A stretch of DNA of 64,000 nucleotides from Eledone cirrhosa (GCA_964016885.1 OZ024749.1:14756001-14820000); one strand, 5' to 3'. Counted from the first letter of the stretch, positions 42,153 to 56,320 are shown. A program made the numbers and translations. Notes: a model not told the origin generated them from the sequence alone.

Positions 42153-42457
42153 AGGGTGTGTATGTGTGTGAGAGGGTGTGTATGTGTGTGTGAGGATGTG
42201 CGTGTGTGCGTGAGGGTATTATGTGTGTGAGGGTATGTATGTGTGTGTGAGGGTATGTTTGTGTGTGTGAGTGTATGCATGTGTATGTATGTATGTATGT
42301 ATGTGTGTGAGTATGTTTGCATATATATGTGCATGTAGGTATGTTTCTGTATGTGTATATATGCATGTAATGTATATGTGTATATATATATATATATAAT
42401 TATATATAGTAATAATAAAATTGAAGACTAATATATACATATATATATATATATAAT

Positions 42458-42503
<46 letters not shown>

Positions 42504-42521
42504 TATATACATATATATAAT

Positions 42522-42557
<36 letters not shown>

Positions 42558-43304
42558 GACATTTGCTTTTACAAGCTAACATCATTGTTTTCACAATAAT
42601 GGTATATGTGTGTCAGTGAGTGTGTGTACATGTATATGTTTATGCATGTTCGTCTCTGTGTACATGTATGTGTGTGTGTGTGTATTATGTGTGTGCGTAT
42701 TTATCTTTGTTTGATAAGCAGTCACGCTGTACCTTAAGACAATTATTATAGAATGAAACTCTATAGTGAGTACTAACGATGATGATGATGATGATGATAA
42801 TGATGGTGGTGGTGATAATAGTGGTGGTGATAATGGTGGTAGTGATGATAGTGATGATGGTGGTGGTGATGATAGTGATGATGGTGGTGGTGGTGATGGT
42901 GGTGGTGGTGATGGTGGTGGTGATGATGGCCGTGGTGTTGGTTGTTATAATAGTGGTGATGGTAGTGGCGGTGTTGGTTGTTATAATAGTGGTGATGATG
43001 GTGGTGGTGGTGGTGTTGGTTGTTATAATAGTGATGATGGTGGTGGTGGTGGTGTTGCTTGTTATAATAGTGGTGATGGTGGTGAAGCTAGTAAATATAT
43101 GATGTCGTTGTTTAGCCCAATCTTGGGTCCTTGTGACCAATAAACAATTTATCATCCTCATCATCAGCACCGTTTAACATCCATTTTGTCATGCTAGCAC
43201 GAGTTAAACAAGTTGTCCCATTGTGAGAAAAGTCAGATCAGGTGTCTTGCTCATACAGAATTATTTCTGGCTTGGTTTCTACAACTGGATGCTCTTGATG
43301 CTTT

Positions 43305-43856
43305 TTGTCATGTCATCAACATGACCACTTTACAGTGTGGACTAGGTGCTTTTTGTTGTGTCACCAACATGACCTCTTTACAGTGAGTGCTGGGTACTTT
43401 TTGTTGTGTCACCAACATGACTACTTCAGTGAGGACTGGGTGCTTTTTGTTGTGTCACCAACATGACTACTTTACAGTGAGTGCTGGGTACTTTTGTTGT
43501 GTCACCAATATGACCACTTTACAGTGTGGACTGGGTGCATTTTATTGACACTAATATGACCAATTTACTTGTGGACTGGGTGCTTGTTATTGACACTAAT
43601 ATGACCACTTTACTTGTGGACTGGGTGCTTGTTATTGACACTAATATGACCACTTTACTTGTGGACTGGGTGCTTGTTATTGACACTAATATGACCACTT
43701 TACTTGTGGACTGGGTGCTTGTTATTGACACTAATATGACCACTTTACTTGTGGACTGGGTGCTTGTTATTGACACTAATATGACCACTTTACTTGTGGA
43801 CTGGGTGCTTGTTATTGACACTAATATGACCACTTTACTTGTGGACTGGGTGCTTT
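43305..43856. repeat. 45-49-bp minisatellite derived from the RTE 3' UTR
   Basis: Unit gtggactgggtgcttgttattgacactaatatgaccactttactt, preceded by diverged longer units. Confidence 0.9.
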
Positions 43857-44276
43857 TTGTAATGGCAGTCATACACAGGCAATGTACAAGACAAGTTTAT
43901 ACATACAAAACTTCACCCTCATCAGCTCTCAAAAGAGTAAAATGGTTTGTGTATAAACTTATCCTGTACATTGTCTTCCTTTACTTCCTTCTTCCAGCAA
44001 CTTCTGTGTGTCAGCGCATTTCCTCCTCCTCCTCTTTATGTCACCCACCTTGTGGATTGTCTCTCTCTTGACCACTGACTGCTGGTCTCCGTCATCTGAG
44101 GCATTTTTGCCCATCGCTGTCTTTGACGGCATTTAGCTGTCTTGACGGCTGTTCTGGCGATGTGTTTATTATTATTATTATTATTATTATTATCATTATT
44201 TCCAATAAAGATACTGAAAATAAAAAAAAAGAAAAAAAAAGAAAAAACGTCAAAAAACAAAGTTGCACTGACTGAC

Positions 44277-44484
44277 CTGTTTGATGTACTGATGGTGTGA
44301 GACTGCTGCAAGAATGTGGTGGGGGTGGCCCATGCATGTGGGGGCTGCTGGCAACACTTGGGTGCATGTGTGCAGCTGCTCCATGGTGACCATGGTGATG
44401 AGGGGGGTTGTACTGTGGGTGTGGCTGTGTTTGGTAATGGGAGTTGAAAGGGCTGTAATACTGGGCTGCATTGTTGGGTCCACC
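44277..44484 (-). CDS. FNDC3: Exon of FNDC3-like gene (Pro/His-rich N-terminal region)
   Basis: Acceptor atcatttcag, donor CAG|gtcagt. 208 nt, phase 0 to 1, encodes GGPNNAAQYYSPFNSHYQTQPHPQYNPPHHHGHHG...PSVHQT. Joins in frame to the 40867 exon. Confidence 0.75.
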
Positions 44485-44539
44485 CTGAAATGATAACAAC
44501 AACAACATTAATAACAATAATAACAACAACATTAATAAT

Positions 44540-45605
44540 AATAATACTATTTCCTTTATTCACCACAAGGGTTGACATAAAGCATAACATTAAGGACAGC
44601 ACAGGACGATGCAAATATGGGTTTCAGTGTGTCAAAAAAAAAAAAAAGGATACATAAACAAAAGATTTAACCCTTTAATGTTCAAACCTGCCAAAACCGG
44701 CCAGAATTCTCTACCTCTTTCTGTTGAAACTGGCTGTAACCGGTTGCTCAAACTGATAAGGTATTGTTCTCAAAATAAATATTTTCAATAGAGTAATGTG
44801 AATAAATGTAAACAAAGGAAAAATATCCAATAGGGAGGAGAAAGCCCACAAAAGCCACGGTCACCCTAACCTCTAGGGCAAGCGCCCTCTCCTAGTTTTC
44901 CTCCTATGATACTACAGGTACATGCTCAGAACAGGCCCATTCACACGGACCATTCTTGTCTCTCTAACGCACCTTTCAAAAAAAAACTGGCAGCACTTCC
45001 CTCTCCACCCTGGTTTTCCTTTAATAATAATAATGGTTTCTTTATTCACCACAAGGGCTTACATAAAGGAAAACATTAAGGACGGTACAAATAAGGGTTT
45101 CTGTGTAGAGGGATACACAATAACAATAACAAAAGATGTAACAGAAAAACAAAAACAAATTCCCCGAATAGAGAGGGAAGAGACCACCGGGGGGGTTACT
45201 CATAGTAATAATTTACTTTTATTTGCCACACAAAGGCCAAGAGAAAGGGGACAATACAATAGACAGGGATAGTGGAGTACACTGAAAATGAGTTTCAGAA
45301 AGATATTAACAAACAAATAATAATAGACAAAAGAATTACAACAATGTAAATTCCCTAATAGGGGGGGGGGGACAGCCAAGGCTGACTTAGGAACCCCACA
45401 AATCTGAAACCACTCAGGAAGGACACCCTTCTCCTCTATAAACCAGCCAGCCTACTAATGCACACACTTCTTCACAAATATGTCGTCTAGCAACAATGTT
45501 GTAGAAAGTAGGGTAGGGCAAAATTGGTTGAGCGTCCATCAGACGCTTTACCCACGCTATTATAGTAGATGTAGTTGAGTATTCCTTGTACCCATGCACC
45601 AGAAA
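44540..45605 (-). mobile_element. Cluster of three L1/Tx1-like 3' ends
   Basis: Three related segments ending ..cttgtgg(t/c)..AATAAA followed by (TAT)n on the minus strand; the last has a decayed ORF tail (..WVKRL..). Clade assignment is tentative. Confidence 0.5.
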
Positions 45606-46333
45606 AGTGGGTGAGGGTGTGGTAGAAGAGTTGTGGTGGTAGTAGTGTTGTGATGGTGGTGTCAGTGATGTTGTAGTGGAGTGGTGGCAATGGTTGTTGT
45701 TATTGACAATGGTGGTGGCGTTGTTGGTGCTGGTGATAGTGTTGTGGTGGAGGAAATGGTTGTTGTTGTGGCAGTGGTTAGCAATTATGGTATTGTTGTT
45801 GGTGTTGTTGTAGCAGTGGTAGTGGCAATGGTTCTTGTTGGTGGTGTTGTGGTGGTAGTGGCAATGGTTCTTGTTGGTGGTGTTGTGGTGGTGGTAGTGA
45901 AAGTGGTGGTAGTGGCAATGGTTCTTGTTGGTGGTGTTGTGGTGGTGGTAGTGAAAGTGGTGTTGGTGGTGTTGTAGTGGTAGTGGCAATGGTTCTTGTT
46001 GGTGGTGTGGTGGTGGTAGTGAAAGTGGTGTTGGTGTTGTAGTGATGGTAGTGGCAATGGTTGTTGTTGTAGTGGTGGCGGTAGTGTGAGCGTTGTTGTA
46101 GTGATGGTAGTGGCAATGGTTGTTGTTGTAGTGGTGGTGGTGGTTGTGTAAGTGTTGTTGTTGTATCTGTGTTGCCTACAGAAACAGTGTCAGATTGCCA
46201 ACCAAATTGTTAAGTAAGAATCAGATGACAGAGAGAAGAGAGAGAGATATGTAAATAGAGAGTGAAGAGAGATAGCAAGGGAGATCATATATATAGAGTG
46301 AGAGAGGGTGAGAGTACGAGAGAAGGAGATATG

Positions 46334-46414
<81 letters not shown>

Positions 46415-46501
46415 GGAAGAGCGAAACAATGTGCTGTCTTGCATAAAGATGTTGAATTAAAGTCTTCAGTTACTGCACTTCTTGGAGAGGAAACAACACA
46501 G

Positions 46502-46532
<31 letters not shown>

Positions 46533-46799
46533 CACAGATATATAGAGACAGATGCACATATATACATAGACACACAGACACACATATATACAAATATCCA
46601 TAGATACACATATACATATATATATACAAATATACATACACACACACATATTCATACACACGTACACAGACACACATGTACATACACAGAGATACACACA
46701 CATGCATATATTATCCAACATACATATACATACATGTACACATACACAAACGCTCGCATTCACAACACACATGCATATATTATTAAAACATAGGGTAGA

Positions 46800-47255
46800 G
46801 TAGATTGGACCAAGGAAACAATGTTTCCATTGGTCTTTCTATGGCTGATATTATCTGTTGGTCATCAGATCGGACCAAGGAAACAATGTTTCCATTGGTC
46901 TTTCCATTGCTGTTATTATCTGTTGGTCATCAGATCGGACCAAGGAAACAATGTTTCCATTGGTCTTTCTATTGCTGATATTATCTGTTGGTCATCAGAT
47001 CGGACCAAGGAAACAATGTTCCATTGGTCTTTCCATTGCTGATACTATCTGTTGGTCATCAGATTGGACCAAGGAAACAATGTTTCCATTGGTCTTTCCA
47101 TTGCTGATTCTATCTGTTGGTTACAACTCCTGACAGAAGAAGCAATGTGAACATGTATTTTACCTCCAAAAACACAAACCATCTCCTAGATCAGGAAGTG
47201 AACTCATAACCATCTAATCATGAGCCCAACACTAACCACTAAACCACACACCTTT
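46800..47255 (-). mobile_element. SINE whose 3' part is amplified as a ~62-bp tandem repeat (~5 copies)
   Basis: Unit catcagatcggaccaaggaaacaatgtttccattggtc...; SINE head at 47130-47255. Confidence 0.65.
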
Positions 47256-47407
47256 CTATCCCTTAGTTTGTTCATATATCTAGTAATCCTGGTATATATG
47301 GTACCAATTATGAAATCCCAAAATTAAATGTTAAAACACTATTGCTGTCATTATTGATGCCGTATACACATGCATATATATACACATATATACATACACA
47401 CACATAC

Positions 47408-47450
<43 letters not shown>

Positions 47451-47697
47451 TACATACACACACATACAATTATATATATATATATATTTGAAAAACGCAC
47501 ACATATTATATATATATATTTGAAAAAGTATCCTGTGTGGTGAAAACCAAACAAAAAGAATTTAAAAAAATTGGGCAAAGACAACAAAGAAACGGAGGAA
47601 ATACAAGAGTCTCCCCTCATCAGTCAATTGCTGGAGGTATGTTGTTTCAGTACTTTAAGGTCGATATGACTAGCTCCAATAACAAATGGACGTATAA

Positions 47698-47777
47698 TCT
47701 ATATATCTAAAACAGAGAATGTCTGTCTGTCTGTAAGGGTGAAAGCAGCGATTCTTTGCTTAAACTTTAATCTGTTA

Positions 47778-47839
<62 letters not shown>

Positions 47840-48022
47840 TATATTCGTGTACAGATATTTTTGCATACACAATAACAAAATATAAACAAAAGTATTTATA
47901 TCACGATAAAGTATTGATTTTCTTCGCACGAAAAAAAACCTGGTAATCTACGACAAATTCTTTTATAAGCACAAAATGTAGACACCATCCCGAGGCCGAG
48001 GTATTCCGTACTTCTCTGTACT

Positions 48023-48065
<43 letters not shown>

Positions 48066-48219
48066 TATAATTATATATTCGTGTACAGATATTTTTGCAT
48101 ACACAATAACAAAATATAAACAAATGTATTTATTTCACGAGGCTCGATAAGGATAAATATATATCAAATATATAAGAACCCTAGAGCAAATCCCGAGCAA
48201 CGCCGGGCCATTCTGCTAG
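47698..48219 (+). mobile_element. Non-autonomous Helitron
   Basis: A|TC 5' end (tctatatatctaaaacagagaatgtctgtctg), subterminal hairpin cccgagcaacgccggg, CTAG|T 3' end, no TSD. Confidence 0.8.
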
Positions 48220-48475
48220 TCTATATTATAAGAGTGTTGTCTGTATGCCCGTCCTTCATGTTCACTTTATATATAGAGAGAGGGGGAACACCAAGTGAGA
48301 GGTATGTACAGAGATAGAGAGGGGAAATGGAATGCTGTGTGTTTCTGGGGTGACAGAAAGAGGTAGATAGACAAAGTTATGACTTCACCCTCATCTATAT
48401 ATAGAGAAGGCGGAGGGCCAAGCGAAAGAGATATACATAGTTAGAGAGAGAAAAGAACGTCATTTGTTTAGAGAG

Positions 48476-48554
<79 letters not shown>

Positions 48555-48679
48555 TGTGACAGAAAGAGTGAGAAGATGTCACCCTCATCTAGTGATAATG
48601 ATAGATACAAAAACCAAAATCCAGGGAAGACTCGGTAAGGGTTGCATGTTTGTGTGTGTTTGTAATAATGTAATAATGT

Positions 48680-48866
48680 AATAATTGTTTCTACTTTAGG
48701 CACAAGGCCAGCAATTACCCAGTGCATTACTGGTACTTTATTTTATCGACCCCGTAAGGATGAAAGGCAAAGTCAACCTCGGCGGGATTTGAACTCAGAT
48801 CGTAAAGGGACGTAACTATGCTGGAAAGCATGGCGTCCAACCCTCTACTGATACTGCCAATCCACA
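48680..48866 (-). mobile_element. tRNA-derived SINE (same family as 6363-6552)
   Basis: Near-identical reverse complement of 6365-6550. Confidence 0.88.
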
Positions 48867-48984
48867 ATGTAATAATGTAATAACAACCCATTGTAGTGAT
48901 GTGATGTAATGATGGTATGATGTAATCATTATATAATGTAGTCATTACATCATGTGTAAAAAATGAGGTCTGGAGATGTGTATA

Positions 48985-49340
48985 TGTGTGTGTGGACTAT
49001 CTGTATGGACTGTGTGTGTGTGGACAGTATCTGTATGGATTGTGTGTGTGTGTGTGTGTGTGGACAGTATCTGTATGGATTGTGTGTGTGTGTGGACAGT
49101 ATCTGTATGGATTGTGTGTGTGTGTGTGTGTGTGGACAGTATCTGTATGGATTGTGTGTGTATGTGTGTGGACAGTATCTGTATGGATTGTGTGTGTGGA
49201 CAGTATCTGTATGGGTTGTGTGTGTATGTGTGTGTGTGTGTGTGTGTGTGGACAGTATCTGTATGGATTGTGTGTGTATGTGTGTGTGTGTGGACAGTAT
49301 CTGTATGGATTGTGTGTGTATGTGTGGACAGTATCTGTAT

Positions 49341-49375
<35 letters not shown>

Positions 49376-49690
49376 ACAGTATCTGTATGGATTGTGTGTG
49401 TGGACAGTATCTGTATGGATTGTGTGTGTGGACAGTATCTGTATGGATTGTGTGTGTATGTGTGTGTGTGTGGACAGTATCTGTATGGATTGTATGTGTA
49501 TGTGTGTGTGTGGACAGTATCTGTATGGATTGTGTGTGTGGACAGTAACTGTATGGATTGTGTGTGTATGTGGACAGTATCTGTATGGATTGTATGTGTA
49601 ATGGATTGTGTGTGAAAAGGATTGTGTATGTGTGTGTATGTGTGTGTGTGTGTGTGGACAGTATCTGTATGGATTGTGTGTGTGTATGGA
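48985..49690. repeat. Composite repeat GGACAGTATCTGTATGGAT + variable (TG)n
   Basis: Constant 19-mer separated by microsatellite spacers. An analogous TATAGAAACG/(TG)n array lies at 58365-58850. Confidence 0.9.
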
Positions 49691-49758
49691 TTGTCTATGA
49701 TTGTGTGTGTGTGTGTAGATTGTTTCTGTATATATTTCTCTAGATTTTGTATGTATGT

Positions 49759-49815
<57 letters not shown>

Positions 49816-50070
49816 AGCCTAACATCCTGTTTGAGATGAGGCAGACATTCTAGAAATCATCGATATTGTTGTATTAATAACAACAACAGTAACAACAACA
49901 GTAACAACAAAAATGACAGTAACAACCACAACATCAAGTGAGAACAATTTGTAAAATTACAATTTTTTTGTGACATATTGATTAAGTTTTGTTAACGACA
50001 CAAAGCTAATTAAATTGATAAACAAATTAAATATCACCAGTCATGTCATAGGGGACAGAGTTTTCTCATG

Positions 50071-50100
<30 letters not shown>

Positions 50101-50104
<4 letters not shown>

Positions 50105-50303
50105 CGAAGGAGTTGTGGTAAGGAACCAGATGGACCATAACGCACCAGAGTACTCAATACTTAGGGGGTAGTAGAGTGGGTTATAGGAAAAAGTATGACC
50201 CCGACGGCGTACCTCAAGCCATTTCGACGGCTATGTCTGGACTAGTCCAGAAATAATCGTCGAAACGGCTTGAGCTCCGCCGTCGGGGTCATACTTTTTA
50301 CCA
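50101..50303. mobile_element. Family E fold-back element in (TA)n; other copies at 4458-4620, 55981-56182, 62472-62668, partial 35030-35120
   Basis: Shared ~85-bp tail plus a ~110-120-bp palindrome containing the hammerhead 3' half GAAACGGC-loop-GCCGTC|ggggtc. Confidence 0.8.
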
Positions 50304-50693
50304 TATATATATATATATATATATATAAGTGCCAAGAAATCCCAGTGGGAGGAAGTCAGAGTAGAGGAAGACCTGGGCAGAGGTGGTGAGACTTGATCTC
50401 AAATTGCTGAAACTCACAGAGGCAATGACAAAGAATCGTGAAATGGACCCGTCCAACCCATGCAAGGATCGTGATATGTAAAGAGATGCTGTGCTGAAAT
50501 GGACCCATGTAACCCTTGCAAGGATTGTGATGGGTGGAGAGATACTGTGCTGGAAAAGGACCCGTCCAACCCTCGGAAATGTGGAAAAATAGACATAAAA
50601 ATGAAGATGGTGACTTCATTGGTAAATAATGGAATATATTAAGTTTGACTTAATTTTCTGACAAACCTAGAGAATATTGAAGACAAAACTAGA

Positions 50694-52800
50694 TATTGGT
50701 GACACAGTAAAGTGTTGTGACATACCTGGAGGTTATTGGTGACACAGTAAAGTGTTGTGACACACCTGGAGGTTATTGGTGACACAGTAAAGTGTTGTGA
50801 CATACCCGGAGGTTATTGGTGACACAGTAAAGTGTTGTGACATACCTAGAGGTTATTGGTGACACACTAAAGTGTTGTGACATACCTAGAGGTTATTGGT
50901 GACACAGTAAAGTGTTGTGACATACCTAGAGGTTATTGGTGACACACTAAAGTGTTGTGACATACCTAGAGGTTATTGGTGACACACTAAAGTGTTGTGA
51001 CATACCTAGAGGTTATTGGTGACACACTAAAGTGTTGTGACATACCTAGAGGTTATTGGTGACACACTAAAGTGTTGTGACACACCTAGAGGTTGTTGGT
51101 GACACAGTAAAGTGTTGTGACATACCTAGAGGTTATTGGTGACACAGTAAAGTGTTATGACACACCTGGAGGTTGTTGGTGACACAGTAAAGTGTTGTGA
51201 CACACCTGGAGGTTGTTGGTGACACAGTAAAGTGTTGTGACACACCTAAAGGTTATTGGGGACACACTAAAGTGTTGTGACACACCTAGAGGTTATTGGT
51301 GATACACTAAAGTGTTGTGACACACCTAGAGGTTATTGGTGACACAGTAAAGTGTTGTGACACACCTAGAGGTTATTGGTGACACAGTAAAGTGATGTGA
51401 CATACCTAGAGGTTATTGGTGACACAGTAAAGTGTTGTCACACACCTGGAGGTTATTGGTGACACAGTAAAGTGTTGTGACATACCTAGAAGTTATTGGG
51501 GACACAGTAAAGTGTTGTGACATACCTAGAGGTTATTGAGGACACACTAAAGTGTTGTCACACACCTAGAGGTTATTGGTGACACACTAAAGTGTTGTGA
51601 CACACCTGGAGGTTATTGGTGACACAGTAAAGTGTTGTGACATACCTAGAGGTTATTGGTGACACACTAAAGTGTTGTGACATACCTAGAGGTTATTGGT
51701 GACACAGTAAAGTGTTGTGACATACCCGGAGGTTGTTGGTGACACAGTAAAGTATTGTCACACACCTGGAGGTTATTGGTGATACAGTAAAGTGTAGTGA
51801 CATACCTAGAGGTTATTGGGGACACAGTAAAGTGTTGTCACACACCTGGAGGTTGTTGGTGACACAGTAAAGTGTTGTGACACACCTGGAGGTTGTTGGT
51901 GACACAGTAAAGTGTTGTGACATACCTAGAGGTTATTGGTGACACAGTAAAGTGTTGTGACACCTGGAGGTTGTTGGTGACACAGTAAAGTGTTGTGACA
52001 TACCTAGAGGTTATTGGTGACACAGTAAAGTGTTGTGACACACCTGGAGGTTGTTGGTGACACAGTAAAGTGTTGTGACATACCTAGAGGTTATTGGGGA
52101 CACACTAAAGTGCTGTGACACACCTGGAGGTTATTGGTGACACAGTAAAGTGTTGTGACACACCTGGAGGTTATTGGGGACACAGTAAAGTGTTGTGACA
52201 TACCTGGAGGTTATTGGTGACACACTAAAGTGTTGTGACATACCTAGAGGTTATTGGTGACACAGTAAAGTGTTGTGACACACCTGGAGGTTATTGGGGA
52301 CACAGTAAAGTGTTGTGACATACCTAGAGGTTATTGGTGACACAGTAAAGTGTTGTGACACATCTGGAGGTTATTGGGGACACAGTAAAGTGTTGTGACA
52401 CACCTGGAGGTTATTGGGGACACAGTAAAGTGTTGTGACATACCTAGAGGTTATTGGTGACACACTAAAGTGTTGTGACACACCTGGAGGTTATTGGTGA
52501 CACAGTAAAGTGTTGTGACACACCTGGAGGTTATTGGTGATACACTCAAGTGTTGTGACATACCTGGAGGTTATTGGGGACACAGTAAAGTGTTGTGACA
52601 CACCTGGAGGTTATTGGTGACACAGTAAAGTGTTGTGACATACCTGGAAGTTATTGGGGACACAGTAAAGTGTTGTGACACACCTGGAGGTTATTGGTGA
52701 CACAGTAAAGTGTTGTGACATACCTAGAGGTTATTGGTGACACACTAAAGTGTTGTGACATACCTGGAGGTTATTGGGGACACAGTAAAGTGTTGTGACA
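50694..52800. repeat. 40-bp minisatellite (~52 copies)
   Basis: Unit gacacagtaaagtgttgtgacatacctagaggttattggt with interspersed variant units. Confidence 0.97.
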
Positions 52801-52836
52801 GTTTGGAAACCTCTACATTACGGCTATAAGGACCAG

Positions 52837-53205
52837 TGTAGTGTCCCATGGTGGGATCAGATGACCAATTAGTGTTATAGGGATTAACGTAGGGTCCCAT
52901 GGTGGGATCAGATGACCAATTAGTGTTATAGGGATTAACGTAGGGTCCCATGGTGGGATCAGATGACCAATTAGTGTTATAGGGATTAATGTAGTGTCCC
53001 ATGGTGGGATCAGATGACCAATTAGTGTTATAGGGATTAATGTAGGGTCCCATGGTGGGATCAGATGACCAATTAGTGTTATAGGGATTAATGTAGGGTC
53101 CCATGGTGGGATCAGATGACTAATTAGTGTTATAGGGATTAACGTAGGGTTCCATGGTGGGATCAGATGACCAATTCGAGCTATAGGGATTAATGTAGGG
53201 TCCAG
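52837..53205. repeat. 51-bp minisatellite (~7 copies)
   Basis: Unit gtcccatggtgggatcagatgaccaattagtgttatagggattaacgtagg. Confidence 0.92.
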
Positions 53206-54380
53206 AGACAGAACTGATGACTGATTAGTGTCCCATAGTAGGATAGCCAACAATGGTGTGGAATACTTGAAAAATGTTGTTCCTGTGTAGAGAGAACATA
53301 ATTAGGGACCCAGTGGTAGTGGGTGAGGGAGAAGGCAGAGATGGTGGGTTAGAAGGGGCAGTGGTGGGGGATATAAGGTGGTGGTGGTTGATGAGTAGGG
53401 GATGGTGGTGGTGGCAGACTAGGAGGGGGACGGTGGTGGTGGCGGGTAGTAGTGGGCTAGTGGTGAAATGGTGGGTGGCTTATGGTGGTAGTGGAGGGTA
53501 TGGGAGCAGTAGAGGGTGGTGAGGTGGTGGTGGGGGAGTGTAAGACAGAGAGATAGAAAGACAGACAGATGTTCTTCTGCTGACAGGGAATTCTTGAAAT
53601 TCCTCAGTGGTAAACTGGAAAAGTCTGTTACCATCACTACCACCATTACTACCACCACCTCTACCGCTAATACAACTACCACCACCTCGACCACTACAAC
53701 TAATACAACTATCACCTTACCTCCACCACCACTACTGCTACCACCTCTACCTCCACCACTATCACTACCACTAATACAACGACGACCACCACTACTTCTA
53801 CCACCTCTACCGCTAATACAACTACCAACACCACGACTATTACCACCACCAGCCCTACTACCACCACCACCACTAATACAACTACAACCACCACTACCAC
53901 CCCTATTAATACTACCACCGCCACCTCCAATACAACTACCCCCACCACCACCGCTAATACAACTACCACCACCACCACAACTACCACCACCACCACTACC
54001 ACTACCACCACCACCACCACAACTACCACCACCACCACTACCACCACTACTACCACTACCACTACCACCACCACTACAACAGTCAGAGATGCTGAATGGC
54101 ATATTTCAGTCCAGACTGGCAAATATTTCCACAACTTACTGTTGTCTTAACATAACTGAGTCTGGGACATGTATACAAATACTGTCTGTCTCTCTCTCTC
54201 TCTATATATATATATATGTATATATGTATATATATATATATATATATATACATACACTGTCTGATTACACACACACACACACACATATACATACACTGTC
54301 TGATTACACACACACATACATACACTGTCTGATTACACACACACACACACTCACATATATATGGACTGTCTGTTTACATT

Positions 54381-54429
<49 letters not shown>

Positions 54430-54799
54430 GATGTGAACTGCAAAAGAGAGAAAGAGACAGCAAGGTGGGATTATGGTATGAGTGGTGGTGGTGGTGGTGA
54501 TGGTAGTGGTAGTGGTGGTGGTGGTGGTAGTGGTGGTGATGGTAGTGGTGGTGGTGATGATAGTGGTGGTGGTGATGATAGTGGTGGTGGTGGGTATGGT
54601 AGTGGTAGTGGTGGTGGTAGTGGTGGTGGTGGTGATGGTAGTGGTGGTGGTGATGGTAGTGGTGGTGGTGGTGATGGTAGTGGTGGTGGTAGTGATGGTA
54701 GTGGTGGTGGTAGTGGTAGTGATGGTAGTGGTGGGGATGAAGGTTGTGGTGTATGTGATAATGAGTTTGAGAAGACATGTGGGGCAAAAGTTGATAGTT

Positions 54800-54874
<75 letters not shown>

Positions 54875-55624
54875 AAGAGAGAGAAAGAGAGTGTGTGTAA
54901 GATGGAAAATATTTTAAGCCTGGAGCAATTAAAAGTGAAAATCTACAGAAAATATTCTTGGTTTCTACATTGGAGGAACATCTTGGGACTTAGTTTTCTC
55001 TCTCTCTCAATCTATCTACCTATCAGTCTGTCTGTCTGTCTGTGTGTGTGTACGTATTTACATATGTATGTATGCATATATACATACGTCGGCAACTAAA
55101 CCGGCAATCCCACCAAAGTTTTCTTGGCGAGGAGGGTGATTTGGACACCCTGCGGGATGAAAAACAAAACCAATCAAAGAGCGGAAAAACTCAAGGGAGT
55201 CAACAGCCATCCAATAAAGTATTTTTTTTATGGAACTTGAGACTCCAAGTCTTCATTAAGACACCTCTCTAGAAGGTCACTCTGATATAAAACCCGCAAC
55301 TTCATTACTATCCAATGATGTAGACCAGTTCTTCTTTTTGGGCAAATGCATTCAATGTTCAGGGAGTGGGATTGGCCCCGTGCAAAGCCCTTTCTCACTT
55401 AAAAAAGATTCAAGCCACAGACATCGCTTGATGTGACATTTTTGCGATGAATGGTATTGCTGGCCATAGGCAAGTCCCTAGCAGGACTAAAAAGTGACGT
55501 CCATGATGCTCATGCTTAAGTATCAAGCAATGGCATTACTAGAAATCGAGTTGCAGTCATCATATATATATATAATATACAATGATAATTAAATAAATGG
55601 AAACTATATTTATAAAACCATATT

Positions 55625-55685
55625 TATTCTATTATATATATTTCAAGGGTAACAAATCTTTGGTACGCCTTCATCAGATAAAATA
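55625..55685 (-). ncRNA. Family D hammerhead in inverted-repeat element 55570-55885
   Basis: tattttat-CTGATGA-aggcgtaccaaagatttgttaccctt-GAAA-tatatat-A|atagaata. The opposite arm restarts at stem II. Confidence 0.72.
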
Positions 55686-55882
55686 CAAAGTTTGTTTTAT
55701 AAATGTACCAAAGTTTTGGTACCCTTGAAATATATATAATAGAATAAATATAGTTTTATAAATATAGTTTCCATTTATTTAATATCATTGAATATTATAC
55801 TCCAGAAAATCTGTAGAGTGCTCTGAATCAGTTATAAACATTTATATTTGTTGAATTACCAACAAATTGAATATCTCTTCTG

Positions 55883-55919
<37 letters not shown>

Positions 55920-55929
55920 TGTCCTTAGA

Positions 55930-55960
<31 letters not shown>

Positions 55961-56289
55961 TAGAATATATATATATATATATAACAAATGAAATGTGGTA
56001 AGGAACCAGATGGACCATAACGCACCAGAGTACTCAATACTTAGGGTAGTAGAGTGGGAAATGGGAAAAAGTATGACCCCGACGGCAGAGCTCAAGCCGT
56101 TTCGACGGCTATTTGTGAAATAGTCCAGAAATAGCCGTCGAAACGGCTTGGGCTCTGCCGTCGGGGTCATACTTTTTCCCATATATATATATATCATCAT
56201 CATCATCATTTTCGTTTAACGTCCATTTTCCACACTAGCATGGGTTAGACGGGAGTTGTCCCAATTGAGGCAAGGTTGGTCGGGTGACC

Positions 56290-56320
<31 letters not shown>

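Noticed and set aside
47580-47640. Minus-strand caattga-CTGATGA-gggg
   Set aside because: No downstream GAAA or stem I partner within the window; at most a truncated 5' half.
48985-52800. CRISPR-like arrays (constant repeat + variable spacer; 40-bp array)
   Set aside because: Spacers are (TG)n or identical units, there are no cas genes, and the context is eukaryotic.
53516-54436. Pro/Thr-rich 306-aa ORF (+)
   Set aside because: Built from degenerate (ACC/ACT)n repeats; no homology or convincing exon boundaries.
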